A DNA stretch of 35,723 nt, from IMG/VR virus record IMGVR_UViG_3300047289_000009, positions 1 to 35,723 of that record; one strand, given 5' to 3'. Position 1 is the first letter of the stretch; each line of letters begins with the position of its first letter. The notes under the pieces are model-generated. The model ran no database searches and had not been told where the DNA came from. It saw only the letters and a list, made by a program, of their open reading frames with translations. Source of the DNA: a virus (taxonomy: Duplodnaviria > Caudoviricetes). A program made the translations under genes and the position numbers. Below, in pieces: positions 17,901 to 26,013 of this stretch.

Positions 17901-20627
17901 AAGGCAGCAAAGCAAATCATCTCTGGCAAGGCCATTGGCGACATTAACCCACGCGAATACTCCATCGCAGAGGGCCGTGCTTCAAAGCAAGCCACTACCG
18001 CCATGAAGAAGGGCGACAGCTTGGCCGCGCAAAAGGCAAAGCAGCAGCAACTGCTCAACAACCAGTTGACCACGCAAGCGATGGAAGCCAAAGCCGAAGT
18101 CGAAAAAGCCATCGATGGTTTCCGCAAGTTGTTCCGTCCTGACGAAAAGATTGCCAAGGGCCGCAACATGGACTTGGTCAACGCTGCTCGCTCCATCCTT
18201 GGCTACTATGGCATTGGCCCCAAGGGTAAATCACCGCTCGACTTCATCGACACGCTGCGCTCCTACAACCCAGACTTCTACGCCGACATCGAGCCGTTGA
18301 TTCTGGAGGCTGCAAGCGGCTCCAAGCCATACACCGAGATGACTCTCGATGAGTTCCGCAGCTTGAATGATGCAATCAGCTCTCTGTGGTTCCAGTCCAA
18401 GCGCGAGAACGAAGCAATGATTGAAGGCCGCATGGTTTCAATCGAGCAGATTCGTGGTGAGCTGGTTGGCCGTCTTGAAGAGATTGGCATCCCAGAAGTG
18501 GTGGCAGGTGAGAAAGCGCCATTCACCAAAAAAGAAAAGTTCATGAAGCGCCTGTTGAACATCAAGGCGATTGGTCGCCGTGTTGAATACTGGGCAGACT
18601 CTTTGGACGGCTCCGCAGGTGGCAACGCTTTCACGCAGTACATCTGGCGACCAGTGCGCTCCGCGCTCGACAACTACCGCATTGACCGCAACAAGTACGT
18701 CAGCCAATACGTTGACATGGTTTCAAAGCTCACGCTCGGCAAATGCAAGATTGACGCAAGCGAAGAGATTGGCTACACGTTTGGCGATGAGAACGGCGGC
18801 AGCGGAAAAGCTGAATTGCTGGGTGCGATGCTGCACATGGGCAACGAGTCAAACTTCAAGAAGCTGTTGGTCGGCCGTGGTTGGGGTTCAATAAACCAGA
18901 ACGGCGTGCTGGATGCATCGCGCTGGAATGCGCTCATCAACCGCATGATTGCCGAAGGTCACCTCACCAAGTCTGACTTTGACTTCTTGCAGTCGGTGTG
19001 GGATTTGAACGAGGAAATCAAGCCTCTGGCCCAGAAGGCTCACCACGACATGTTTGGCTACTACTTCAAAGAAGTTGAGGCCACGCCATTGGTGACACCG
19101 TTTGGCACTTACCGTGGCGGCTATGTGCCAGCCAAGACCGACCCAGAGATGGTGCGTGACGCGCAGAAGAACGCCAAGATGGAAGCTCTGGAAAGCGACT
19201 TCCGTCAGTCTATGCCAAGCACTGGCCTTGGTTTTACCAAAGGTCGTGTCGAGTACAACAAGCCGTTGTCGCTTGACCTGCGCGTGATGACCAAGCACAT
19301 CGATGACGTGATTCGTTTTGCTCATGTGCAGCCAGCCATCAAGGACGTGCTGAAGATTATTCGCAGCCGCGACTTTGCAGACAACTTGTCGCGCATCGAC
19401 TCAGAGGTTGTGGAGGGTATGTTGCTGCCGTGGCTCAACCGCGCTGCTCGCCAAATCACAAGCGAAGCTGGCATGAACTCATCCATCGACAACTTCTGGC
19501 GCACCGTGCGTCAGCGCACTGGCGTGGCCATCATGTTCGGCAACTTGAGCAACGCGCTGCAACAGTTCACTGGCCACTTCTTGACAGGCGTGAAGGTCGA
19601 CAAGAGCAACATGAAGGCTGCGTTGGCCATGTACATGAAGAGTCCAAACTCTGTGACTCAAGGCGTGGTCGAGAACTCCAAGTTCATGGAAGACCGTCTG
19701 AAGAATCAAATCTTTGACATTCAAGACAACCTCAACCAGTTGCTGCTCAACCCCACCAAGTTCGAGAAGGTGCAAGCATGGACAAGCCAGCACGGCTACT
19801 TCTTGCAGACAGCCTTCCAAAACCAAGTGGACATCGTTGCATGGGTCGGCGCGTACAACCAAGCCATCGAGCAGCTTGGCTCTGGGTATGACGATGCAGA
19901 AGCTCACGCCGAAGCCGTGCAACGCGCTGACGCTGTGGTGCGTATGACGCAGTCAAGCCTGACCGCAGAAGACAAGTCTGCCTTTGAGGTTGGCACGCCG
20001 TTCATGGCCACGCTGCTCCAGTTCTCTGGCTACTTCAACATGATTGCCAACTTGAACGCCACTGAGTTCACAAAGATTTTCCGTGACCTCGGATGGCGCG
20101 GCCACAAGGGCATGCTGTTCCAGAAGTACCTGCTTGGCTTTGCGTTGCCAATGCTGGTGGCTGACGCGATTGTTCGCACACTTGGCGGCGGCTGGGATGA
20201 CGAAGACGATGACGGCTACCTTGACGAGTTCATGGAGTGGTTCTTTGGCTCTCAAATCAAAGGCGCTGTGGCTATGGTTCCAGTCGCTGGCCCAGCCGTT
20301 TGGTCGCTCACCAACGTGGCCAACGACAAGCCATACGATGACAAAATGTCATCAAGCCCAGCCGTGTCTACGCTTGAAGGCTCGACCTTTGGCGTGGCCA
20401 AGGCGGCAATCAACATTGTCGACAAGGACAAGGAAGTCACAGGAAAGAACGTGCGTGACGTTTTAACTGCAATCAGCTTGGCCACTGGTGTGCCAGTCGC
20501 AGTGCTTGGCCGACCACTCGGCTACGCAGTTGACGTGAACCGTGGCAAAGTGAATCCAACCAGCAATGCAGACTACGTTCGCGGCCTCGTAACAGGCAAG
20601 GCGAGCGAAGAGTCTGTGAAGAAGTAA
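11967..20627 (+). CDS. Giant ejection / polyvalent protein (2886 aa; gp16/Bbp10-like) with ART-like, unknown, GNAT-like and HExxH metallopeptidase domains
   Basis: MYHGT...IFTT...MPVYV..NPFD...GFDG...AVYNSNQVKS resembles ART-PolyVal. NEQGSNGIA...KALQEGA...LPTLYSAFGF resembles GNAT. HETVH lies at 16767-16781 with a downstream QEAIA. Confidence 0.8.
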   Translation: MSAYDDYIQQLKKEQDRSRMLSASLSEAVDTNPNEFAEMKRLSRAADVNMEMLPEFRTEAKTIKTLQDAGGSDWLWKTAPKTSAFMVNPDNSKLAHDDINNLANIERTFTGTLGDVGITALKGAVGLPQSFVGLADIATGGYVGKGLESAGFKFNETQKILSEMYSPAQRAAQQRVENAQGFFGTIGAALENPSVIATTVGESLPQMLGGAYLSRQILTYGAKTLGAGVAGAALPSLLTRTVGEKLAPVVAGAAGEGLLGAGSAAEQIRDQNADKLLTAKQVAASVGSGVGTAAFGFAGGRVAQRFGVADLDTMMAQGGIEAATAGFLKQNFFKTVGKAGLSEGVFEEMPQSAQEQIWQNFAMGRPLDEGVPEAAAMGMVAGFTTGGAADTIVYASQRKNAADRAEAGGAIIEQINVLTTDSKLRERDAEAFADWVDQASEDSAIKNFYLSSEVLRQNSLGEKLAEVAPQLKDAITQSMENGNELQIPIADYLKSVAPTALSQQLVDELRIEGEEFTRKQGREFVNEKAETLIKEMEQRAQKRMEDVDFIKSGKEVQQVMFDQIKATGIYPANVARDQSFFQAKVYESLAARLNMTPMEAYQAFPNVIAKDEGGMMVEGDQMFNQRGEIQTESTAFKEFFKDTKIVDKQGKPLKMYHGTAQNIQQFRAKQAGAIFTTPDPEFADDYTEMSKDWMVDHYDEILTREQVAAAMDVAGQRIREEFANDPDKAEILEHEMRVGDRLTNIKARSIFNKAIAEQMPSGPNIMPVYVNATNPFDYENPDHVAAVVAEMNKFSDTWGRPRGDAAKSFLSSGNWEEIEKTRTQDAIKALGFDGFYMKEGKHKNLAVYNSNQVKSVFNQNPTESPEILNQRGKKKLATEDAFDEDALKLEDQIAEAGGEVKDVMQVDQLLDSKDIPVITMQDLVGMNIFPTIADRTAAAALYTGIDSSQINLAIPLLGGPFFPLRLTNAMSNIVWANRGKGVTSQKAAKLKEGANYMMVLMGDADMHQSNSTVAAAFISTLEAWNRDGRITKKNVKALGDLVKDVGAKAVAASKAKMAKSEADLAAAKDDAAIEKAKKDIAKDKKAIAINQSVENFVGFEDPVALHKYMDSISFDSRKRVLEVMASKQALDLGAPPMARILEATREPSLAGHRWGDGVILLEVDQESPQVDLGTEGTTPHPDFPVGIRGRVVGKMNAPINYELLWQDWMAENSGKASPRRAFELSKPIVSVTQELVDRIGPIVQKNIDSAKQARLAADFAADNWKTSSEAKKDGGVSPQEFLDAIDNSPAKNVLGKYTLSELKKGIKDKTMKVYQLGDGQAFFLLKTEGERVILDTWVVNEQGSNGIAEPAIMLKALQEGATEVSSYAVKSAEFPQGFLPTLYSAFGFTENGKTQPLAKLKLTSKQLADTVKYWTESNAGFDAANGMPELVTMEWKHGKEQREGIIERYLQSGFASLYSGGVEANAEAASSEFDDDNQQQAQQDGLANAIERGIAGYQENATQPLDAAATQRAVQSIGNLTDNELKNLGLTPEDRAAVQKILGQMSGVLNQRATPQNLAEKSRTESSAKTGLLNQTNRGGFAPNTLTTILTKEADYSTLHHETVHFVVEAYTRIAQQENAPAQIVADLEALIKFGGVDTIEQWNGMSLEERRPAQEAIAYASEIYFFEGKAPSVELESVFDRLAQWMRDIYTSIVDELNAMYKQEFGKDLPILNDEVRSVFDRMLASDKQIQQAQEIRDMVPMFQTQEESGMDDAQWQAYKVMSDEADQAGVMDLTKASMRQIKWLDNARSKLLKEMQKKTAAQRKIVREQVEEEVNNDPVYMAINFLKRGETKDADGNPIKVTQGHKLSLAEVKALYPESDTGLAAAPDFTTLGYGKYGMLGEQGISPDLVAGMFGFQSGDALVRSLVDAKPIKEEVEARTDQRMLEEHGDMYDQKTVDAEIEKALHNQARARFVAVELRFLAKATAPVRLMLQAAKKAAKQIISGKAIGDINPREYSIAEGRASKQATTAMKKGDSLAAQKAKQQQLLNNQLTTQAMEAKAEVEKAIDGFRKLFRPDEKIAKGRNMDLVNAARSILGYYGIGPKGKSPLDFIDTLRSYNPDFYADIEPLILEAASGSKPYTEMTLDEFRSLNDAISSLWFQSKRENEAMIEGRMVSIEQIRGELVGRLEEIGIPEVVAGEKAPFTKKEKFMKRLLNIKAIGRRVEYWADSLDGSAGGNAFTQYIWRPVRSALDNYRIDRNKYVSQYVDMVSKLTLGKCKIDASEEIGYTFGDENGGSGKAELLGAMLHMGNESNFKKLLVGRGWGSINQNGVLDASRWNALINRMIAEGHLTKSDFDFLQSVWDLNEEIKPLAQKAHHDMFGYYFKEVEATPLVTPFGTYRGGYVPAKTDPEMVRDAQKNAKMEALESDFRQSMPSTGLGFTKGRVEYNKPLSLDLRVMTKHIDDVIRFAHVQPAIKDVLKIIRSRDFADNLSRIDSEVVEGMLLPWLNRAARQITSEAGMNSSIDNFWRTVRQRTGVAIMFGNLSNALQQFTGHFLTGVKVDKSNMKAALAMYMKSPNSVTQGVVENSKFMEDRLKNQIFDIQDNLNQLLLNPTKFEKVQAWTSQHGYFLQTAFQNQVDIVAWVGAYNQAIEQLGSGYDDAEAHAEAVQRADAVVRMTQSSLTAEDKSAFEVGTPFMATLLQFSGYFNMIANLNATEFTKIFRDLGWRGHKGMLFQKYLLGFALPMLVADAIVRTLGGGWDDEDDDGYLDEFMEWFFGSQIKGAVAMVPVAGPAVWSLTNVANDKPYDDKMSSSPAVSTLEGSTFGVAKAAINIVDKDKEVTGKNVRDVLTAISLATGVPVAVLGRPLGYAVDVNRGKVNPTSNADYVRGLVTGKASEESVKK
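16276..16527 (+). CDS. Nested +1-frame ORF (83 aa, helical); candidate immunity/antitoxin protein
   Basis: GGAG at 16265-16268 lies 7 nt before the ATG. Codons are genome-typical in the +1 frame while the host frame becomes atypical. Protein MEKNKEKASS...LNELSNRLAT. Confidence 0.6.
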   Translation: MEKNKEKASSSAISKAALQAFTAEELKQMPKQLRLSLMTIISNRLNRMDLPTPSKEELQGIKKMLLNHLTQPQLNELSNRLAT

Positions 20628-20660
20628 GGTGACCGTAACTATGCACCAAATGTTTAGCCT
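20628..20660 (+). promoter_or_regulatory. Putative late promoter 3: GGTGACCGTA-N17-TAGCCT
   Basis: Third copy of the motif, upstream of the tail fibre and lysis genes. Confidence 0.7.
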
Positions 20661-20687
20661 ATTCAAAATCCAGCAGGAGCCACGTCC

Positions 20688-22949
20688 ATGACGATTAGTT
20701 CAACAAACCGCAGGGCTGGCCCATATTCGGGCAACGGCTCTCAGACGGCATTTCCGTTTTCGTTCAAAGTATTTCAAGCCTCCGACATGCTTGTCGTGAA
20801 GGTGCAGGTGTCTACAAACATCGAAACAACTTTGACGTTGACAACCGACTACACAGTTGCATTGAATGCAGACCAGAACTCAAACGCTGGCGGCAACATC
20901 AACTTGGTCACAGCTCTGCCAACTGGCTACAAACTTGTTGTCAGCTCCAAGGTCGAGTACCTGCAAGAGACTGACCTGACAAACCAAGGTGGCTTCTACC
21001 CAGAAGTCATCACTGACGCGCTTGACCGACTGACGATTGAAGCTCAACAGCTCAAAGAAGGTCTTGACCGTGCGGCTCAGTTGCCAATCACAAGCGAAGC
21101 TGATGCTGCCGCTTTGGTTGCTGACATTGTGCGAATTGCAGACAGCGCAGACAACCTTGACACCGTTGCCACCAACATCGATGACGTGAACACGGTTGCT
21201 GCCGACATCACAAACGTCAACTCTGTTGCAGCAAACATTGCAAACGTGAATGCCGTTGCGGCCAACGAGACAAACATCAATGCGGTCAAGAACAACGCGA
21301 CCAACATTAACGCTGTCAATGCCAACAAGACGAACATCGACACCGTAGCTGGCAACAATGTCAACGTGACGACTGTGGCTGGTATCAGCGCAAACGTCAC
21401 CACGGTGGCTGGCATCTCTGCCAACGTCACAAGCGTGGCTGGCAATGCTACAAACATCAACGCCGTGGCAGGTAACGCCACGAACATCAATGCGGTCAAT
21501 GCAAACAAAACCAACATTGATGCTGTCGCGGGTAACTCTAGCAACATCAACTCGGCTGTTTCAAACGCATCAAACATTAACTCAGCAGTCGCCAACATGG
21601 CTGCAATCATTGACGCGCCAACGCAAGCCGCAAACGCAGCAAGCTCTGCCGCAGCGGCCGCAGCTTCTGCCGCCTCTGGTATGTACTCGGCAGTGCAGGA
21701 CAAGAGCGACAACTACACAGTTGTTGCTGGCGATGCTGGTGACCTGATTCGTGTGACCACGACCAGTGGTGCAATCACAATCACACTGCCAGCAATCAGC
21801 ACAGTAAGCGATGGCTTCAAGGTTGCCATTGTCAAGTGGACATCTGACGCAAACGCAGTCAACATCAACCGCTCTGGCAGCGACACCATCAACGGCGCAA
21901 CAACTGCACAGATTGGCTCACAGTACAGTCAAATCATCTTGGTTGCTGATGCTGAGACAAGCACATGGTTTGCATCACAGTCTGGTCTTGGTGCGACAAA
22001 CGTCAACGTGGACAACTTCTCTGGCAACGGCAGCACAACAGCTTTCACTCTGTCATCTGACCCAAGCACAGAGAACAATACCTCCGTGTTCATCAGCGGC
22101 ATTTACCAACAGAAGAACACCTATTCTGTGTCTGGCACTACGCTGACATTCAGCACTGCGCCCCCATCTGGCACAAGCAACATTGAGGTGTACTACGCGA
22201 CACCGTTGGCCATCGGTACGCCAAGCGATGGCACTGTCACGACTTCAAAGTTAGTTGACGCTAACGTGACCTACGCCAAGATTCAGAACGTCACTGCTGG
22301 TAAGGTGCTTGGTCGCAACACTTCTGGTTCTGGTGTTGTGCAGGAGCTGCCGATTGCAGTTGATGCCAGCGGTAACGTGGGTATTGGGATAAGTTCTCCA
22401 GACCAACCATTAGCTTTTGCTGACAGCTTAGGTACAAAAATTCAGTTCAACGGGTCGAACTCTAACGGGTATCAGATAGGAATGGCATCCTCCGTAGGTG
22501 GTGGAGATGCATTGATGAAGTTCACCGCTGGCGAAGTTGGTGCTGGAGAGTTTGGCTTTTATACAACCACAAGTTTACGAGTATTAATCGACTCCAGTGG
22601 CAACCTTCGATTCAATTCAGGTTATGGCTCTGCCGCCACTGCCTACGGTTGCCGCGCTTGGGTGAACTTCAACGGCACTGGTACGCCTGCCATACGTGCG
22701 AGTGGAAATGTTTCGAGTATCACTGACAACGGCACGGGTGATTACACAGTTAACTTAACGACTGCAATGCCAGATGTGAATTACGGATGGGCCATTAACG
22801 TACAACGCCCAGACGCTGGAACTGACGGTATTGGTGGTGGATATGTTAAGAACGGTGGAGTTGCATCTGGGTCGTTGAGGTTATTCACGAGTTGGTACAA
22901 CGCATCTGGAAATGACTTGATATCCATAACTGCTTCCATCTTCCGCTAA
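20688..22949 (+). CDS. Tail fibre protein
   Basis: T7 gp17-like N-terminus (GNGSQTAFPFSFK...DALDRLT), 10-aa shaft repeats, and a C-terminal RAWVNFNG...NVSSITDNGTGDYTVN tip domain. Confidence 0.88.
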   Translation: MTISSTNRRAGPYSGNGSQTAFPFSFKVFQASDMLVVKVQVSTNIETTLTLTTDYTVALNADQNSNAGGNINLVTALPTGYKLVVSSKVEYLQETDLTNQGGFYPEVITDALDRLTIEAQQLKEGLDRAAQLPITSEADAAALVADIVRIADSADNLDTVATNIDDVNTVAADITNVNSVAANIANVNAVAANETNINAVKNNATNINAVNANKTNIDTVAGNNVNVTTVAGISANVTTVAGISANVTSVAGNATNINAVAGNATNINAVNANKTNIDAVAGNSSNINSAVSNASNINSAVANMAAIIDAPTQAANAASSAAAAAASAASGMYSAVQDKSDNYTVVAGDAGDLIRVTTTSGAITITLPAISTVSDGFKVAIVKWTSDANAVNINRSGSDTINGATTAQIGSQYSQIILVADAETSTWFASQSGLGATNVNVDNFSGNGSTTAFTLSSDPSTENNTSVFISGIYQQKNTYSVSGTTLTFSTAPPSGTSNIEVYYATPLAIGTPSDGTVTTSKLVDANVTYAKIQNVTAGKVLGRNTSGSGVVQELPIAVDASGNVGIGISSPDQPLAFADSLGTKIQFNGSNSNGYQIGMASSVGGGDALMKFTAGEVGAGEFGFYTTTSLRVLIDSSGNLRFNSGYGSAATAYGCRAWVNFNGTGTPAIRASGNVSSITDNGTGDYTVNLTTAMPDVNYGWAINVQRPDAGTDGIGGGYVKNGGVASGSLRLFTSWYNASGNDLISITASIFR
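21153..21600 (+). repeat. Degenerate 30-bp (10-aa) tandem repeats in the tail fibre shaft
   Basis: About 15 units such as TNINAVAGNA and ANVTTVAGIS, diverged at synonymous sites. Confidence 0.85.
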
Positions 22950-22964
22950 TCAGGAGCAATCAAA

Positions 22965-23375
22965 ATGACACAACGAATCATCTACCCAACAGACGAAGGC
23001 GGTGTTGCCATCATCATCCCAAGCGGCGAACTACCCATTGAAGAAGTTGCCCGCAAGGACGTACCCGCTGGTGTGCAATTCAAAATCGTTGACACCACAG
23101 AAGTGCCTGATGACCGCACATTCCGCAGCGCATGGGAAGCCGACATGACTTCTCCGCACGGTACAGGTATTGGTCAGCAAGCGTGGTTCATCGAACAGTA
23201 CGAAGCCGAGATTGCAGCCATCAACGCAGAGCAAATGCCAGCGCGTTTGCCTGACAATCAGCAGACAGTCGAAGAGTATGACGCTGTCGTGGCTCAGTGG
23301 GAAGCAAGCAAAGCCTCACGCATTGCCCAGCTCAATACTCAAATCGCAACACAGCAAGCGGAGATGCAAGCATGA
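22965..23375 (+). CDS. Tail fibre accessory/assembly protein
   Basis: RIIYP..EGGVAIIIP...ARKDVPAG...VPDDRTFRSAW, a family typically found after this fibre tip. GGAG RBS. Confidence 0.65.
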   Translation: MTQRIIYPTDEGGVAIIIPSGELPIEEVARKDVPAGVQFKIVDTTEVPDDRTFRSAWEADMTSPHGTGIGQQAWFIEQYEAEIAAINAEQMPARLPDNQQTVEEYDAVVAQWEASKASRIAQLNTQIATQQAEMQA

Positions 23376-23614
23376 TTACCATCAACATCGACAAGGCCAA
23401 AGCCATCGCGCATGATGTGCGCCGTGCTGCACGCGCCGAAGAGTTCAAGCCACTTGATGAAGTGATTGCAAAGCAAATCCCAAACACTGACGTTGCCGCT
23501 GTTGAGGTAGAGCGTCAAGCTGTGCGCGACAAGTACGCGGCGATGCAAGCAGCCATTGACGCTGCTGTTGCCGTGGATGAAATCAAAGCGGCCATTCCGC
23601 AGCAAGGAGCCTAA
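23372..23614 (+). CDS. Tail fibre accessory protein (80 aa)
   Basis: ATGA-coupled start. MITINIDKAKAIAHD.RR.AR..EF.PLD...RQAVRD. Confidence 0.7.
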   Translation: MITINIDKAKAIAHDVRRAARAEEFKPLDEVIAKQIPNTDVAAVEVERQAVRDKYAAMQAAIDAAVAVDEIKAAIPQQGA

Positions 23615-23616
23615 TC

Positions 23617-24321
23617 ATGGCATTGACACAAGTCGAAACAGGCATGATTAAAGATGCCGCAGTCACAACTGCAAAGATTGCTGATGCCAACGTGACGACT
23701 GCAAAGGTTGCTGACGATGCGGTGACAAACGCAAAGCGAACAATGGGCATTCAAGTATTCACATCAAGCGGCACGTTCACCGTACCCGCTGGTGTGTCAA
23801 AGGTGAAAGTCACCGTCACAGGTGGTGGCGGCTCTGGCGGCGCTTACAACACAGTCAACGGTGGATTTGGTGGTGGCGGCGGCGCAACCGCAATTAAGTA
23901 CATCACTGGATTGAGTGCTGGTGGAACTGTTGCTGTGACAGTTGGCGCTGGTGGAGCTGGTATTACTGGTGTGGCAAATGGTAACTCTGGCGGCACTTCA
24001 TCGTTTGGAGCTTATTGCTCTGCAACTGGAGGGCAAGGTGGTTATAACAATGGCTCTCTAGCGCATGCATCTGGTGGAACTGCAACTGGTGGCGACATAA
24101 ACATCAGTGGCGGCATCGGTGGAGCCAACATTCAAGCATCCGATAACCCTGCTGGTCATGGCGGCTCATCTTTTTGGGGTGGTGGTGACGCTGGAGGCGG
24201 CGGCGGTTCTACTGGTGGCAATAACGGCAACCCTGCTGGTTCTACTTATGGAGCTGGTAGCGCTGGCGGTTGGGGCGCGTCTGGCGCTGGTGGTGGCGGT
24301 GTTGTAGTTGTGGAGTATTAA
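23617..24321 (+). CDS. Glycine-rich second fibre / adhesin
   Basis: VTTAKIADA pentapeptide repeats, FTSSGTFTVPAGV.KVKVTVTGGGG, and a GGGGVVVVEY end. Confidence 0.8.
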   Translation: MALTQVETGMIKDAAVTTAKIADANVTTAKVADDAVTNAKRTMGIQVFTSSGTFTVPAGVSKVKVTVTGGGGSGGAYNTVNGGFGGGGGATAIKYITGLSAGGTVAVTVGAGGAGITGVANGNSGGTSSFGAYCSATGGQGGYNNGSLAHASGGTATGGDINISGGIGGANIQASDNPAGHGGSSFWGGGDAGGGGGSTGGNNGNPAGSTYGAGSAGGWGASGAGGGGVVVVEY

Positions 24322-24323
24322 AA

Positions 24324-24620
24324 ATGAAAGCACTTATCTTGAATGGCAAAGTCGTTGAAACGGCTGCTGCTGAGTTTGAAGTCCACGAAAGCATGACTTG
24401 GGTTGATGCACCAGACGAAGTGCAGCATGGGTGGTCTTATGATGGCACTTCATTTGTAGAGCCTGTTGTGCCGCAACCATCTTACGACCAGCTTCGCGCT
24501 GCCGAATACCCACCCATCACCGACTACCTCGATGGCGTAGTGAAGGGTGACCAAGCTCAGATTGCTGCGTACATCGCAGCATGCCAAGCGGTGAAGGCTA
24601 AGTATCCCAAGGGCGCATGA
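24324..24620 (+). CDS. Tail fibre chaperone-like protein
   Basis: ATG at 24324 with GGAG RBS. GWSYDG and YDQLRAAEYP...VKAKYPK motifs. Confidence 0.7.
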   Translation: MKALILNGKVVETAAAEFEVHESMTWVDAPDEVQHGWSYDGTSFVEPVVPQPSYDQLRAAEYPPITDYLDGVVKGDQAQIAAYIAACQAVKAKYPKGA

Positions 24621-24880
24621 TGGACAACCAAGCACTATTCAACATTGCAGTCGCATGTGCTGGTGGCCTTGCGCTATGGGTGTTGAACTCAATGACGCGA
24701 CAAATCCAAAAGCAAGATGACAAAATCACTTTGCTTGAAGAGCGTTTGTCAAACCTTAGAGACACATTGCCTCACGACTATGTGCAGAAAGCTGACTACC
24801 GCGAAGACATCAAAGAGGTGAAGGAAATCCTGCGGCAGATTTTCGACAAGCTCGACAACAAGCAGGACAAGGCTGTGTGA
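24617..24880 (+). CDS. Single-TM plus coiled-coil protein (holin-like), first lysis-region gene
   Basis: N-terminal hydrophobic helix, then LPHDYV.K.DY...IFDKLDNKQDK. Confidence 0.6.
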   Translation: MMDNQALFNIAVACAGGLALWVLNSMTRQIQKQDDKITLLEERLSNLRDTLPHDYVQKADYREDIKEVKEILRQIFDKLDNKQDKAV

Positions 24881-24881
24881 T

Positions 24882-25640
24882 GTGGGGCCAGAGATTGTCA
24901 TCGCTCTTCAAGCCATGCGTGGCGCGTGGGCTGGCATTCAGTTCTGTTGTGATTGCCTTCGCGAAGGGTCTGTTGAAATCCAAAAAGTCAAAAAGACTGT
25001 CGAGGGTGGAGTCACTGACGCAAAGAAAATCTACGCTGAAGTCACTGGGCTTTGGGGTTGGTTTCAAAAGTTGGTTGGCATTAAGCCAGCCGAAAAAGCA
25101 GTGGCCATTCCCAGTGCAGAAACCAAACGAGAAGCCTCGCCCAGTCCTGCCAAGACCTCTAAGCGCGATGAGTATGTTGACCACATCCCATCTCAAGATG
25201 AAATTGTTCAACAGTTCATTGGCCATGTCGGAGAGTGGTTTGACAACTATCACACGCTGAAGACGTACACCGAGAAGCGGTATGCGGAAGTTTTTGGAAA
25301 GGACGAAATCGACCAAAAGGAAGTTCTAGAGCTGACGCAGTTGCAGGTTGAGGTGGACTCAGCCTACCCAGCGTTGATGAGCTTGATGACCACCAACGCG
25401 CCTTGGCAGCTTGGCCCGATATGGTCACAGTTCAAAGAGATGCAGGACAAGGTCAAGGTTGGCCAAGCCGCTCGCCAGATGAAGCAAAAGCGCGAGAAGG
25501 CCAAGCGAGATGCCGAAGCGGCGCAGAAGCGCAGCGATGACATTGACCGCAACATGACTTTGTTTTGGGCGTTTGTGACGGTCTTTTACTTCTGGGCGTT
25601 GATGGGTGCTGTATGGCTAAACACGAAGACAACGCAATAA
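24882..25640 (+). CDS. Hypothetical membrane-anchored coiled-coil protein
   Basis: 252 aa, GTG start, amphipathic N-terminus, C-terminal TM segment (LFWAFVTVFYFWALMGAVWL). Confidence 0.7.
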   Translation: MGPEIVIALQAMRGAWAGIQFCCDCLREGSVEIQKVKKTVEGGVTDAKKIYAEVTGLWGWFQKLVGIKPAEKAVAIPSAETKREASPSPAKTSKRDEYVDHIPSQDEIVQQFIGHVGEWFDNYHTLKTYTEKRYAEVFGKDEIDQKEVLELTQLQVEVDSAYPALMSLMTTNAPWQLGPIWSQFKEMQDKVKVGQAARQMKQKREKAKRDAEAAQKRSDDIDRNMTLFWAFVTVFYFWALMGAVWLNTKTTQ

Positions 25641-25825
25641 TTTATCTTCTGTGTGTCGTCATTGGCATCCTGTTGATTTTGTTTTTCTTTGTGCTGCTGC
25701 GGATGACTACATTGGATTCGCAGCTCTTGCGTAACAAGCGAGAAGTTGATAAAGCAATCGTGCTGCTGCGTGATGAGCGTGAGAAATTTAAAGCGGCCTT
25801 GAAGGTCGAGAAAGGCGAAGAGTGA
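25613..25825 (+). CDS. Small single-TM protein (70 aa)
   Basis: ATG at 25613. IIYLLCVVIGILLILFFFVLL followed by a charged helix. Confidence 0.65.
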   Translation: MAKHEDNAIIYLLCVVIGILLILFFFVLLRMTTLDSQLLRNKREVDKAIVLLRDEREKFKAALKVEKGEE

Positions 25826-26013
25826 GATATGTAATTTTGATGATTGCGCTAGTCGCATCGGTGTTCATCTTTGGTGAAGACCGTTATCGATACCCATGCC
25901 AGAACCCACGCAACTGGGACAACATAGAGTGCAAGCCCCCAATCTGCACAGTCGAAGGCACATGCCCAGACAAACTACTTCCACCTGAAATGCTTTTAAA
26001 GGATGACAAATGA
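25822..26013 (+). CDS. Small exported Cys-rich protein (DRYRYPCQ type)
   Basis: Signal/TM segment then EDRYRYPCQNP.NW...ECKPPIC...GTCP (4 Cys). Confidence 0.75.
   Translation: MRYVILMIALVASVFIFGEDRYRYPCQNPRNWDNIECKPPICTVEGTCPDKLLPPEMLLKDDK

Noticed and set aside
10554-20466. Other same-strand alternate-frame ORFs inside the ejection genes (e.g. 10554, 12973, 13480, 18571, 20083)
   Set aside because: They show the Thr/Ser/Arg/Leu-rich signature of shifted frames, no convincing RBS and no disturbance of host-frame codon usage, unlike 16276-16527.
21153-21600. CRISPR-like array
   Set aside because: These are degenerate in-frame coding repeats without unique spacers.
20688-24321. Diversity-generating retroelement, expected from the BPP-1-like architecture
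   Set aside because: No reverse transcriptase, no TR/VR repeat pair differing at adenines, and no Mtd-like C-type lectin tip seen in the window.
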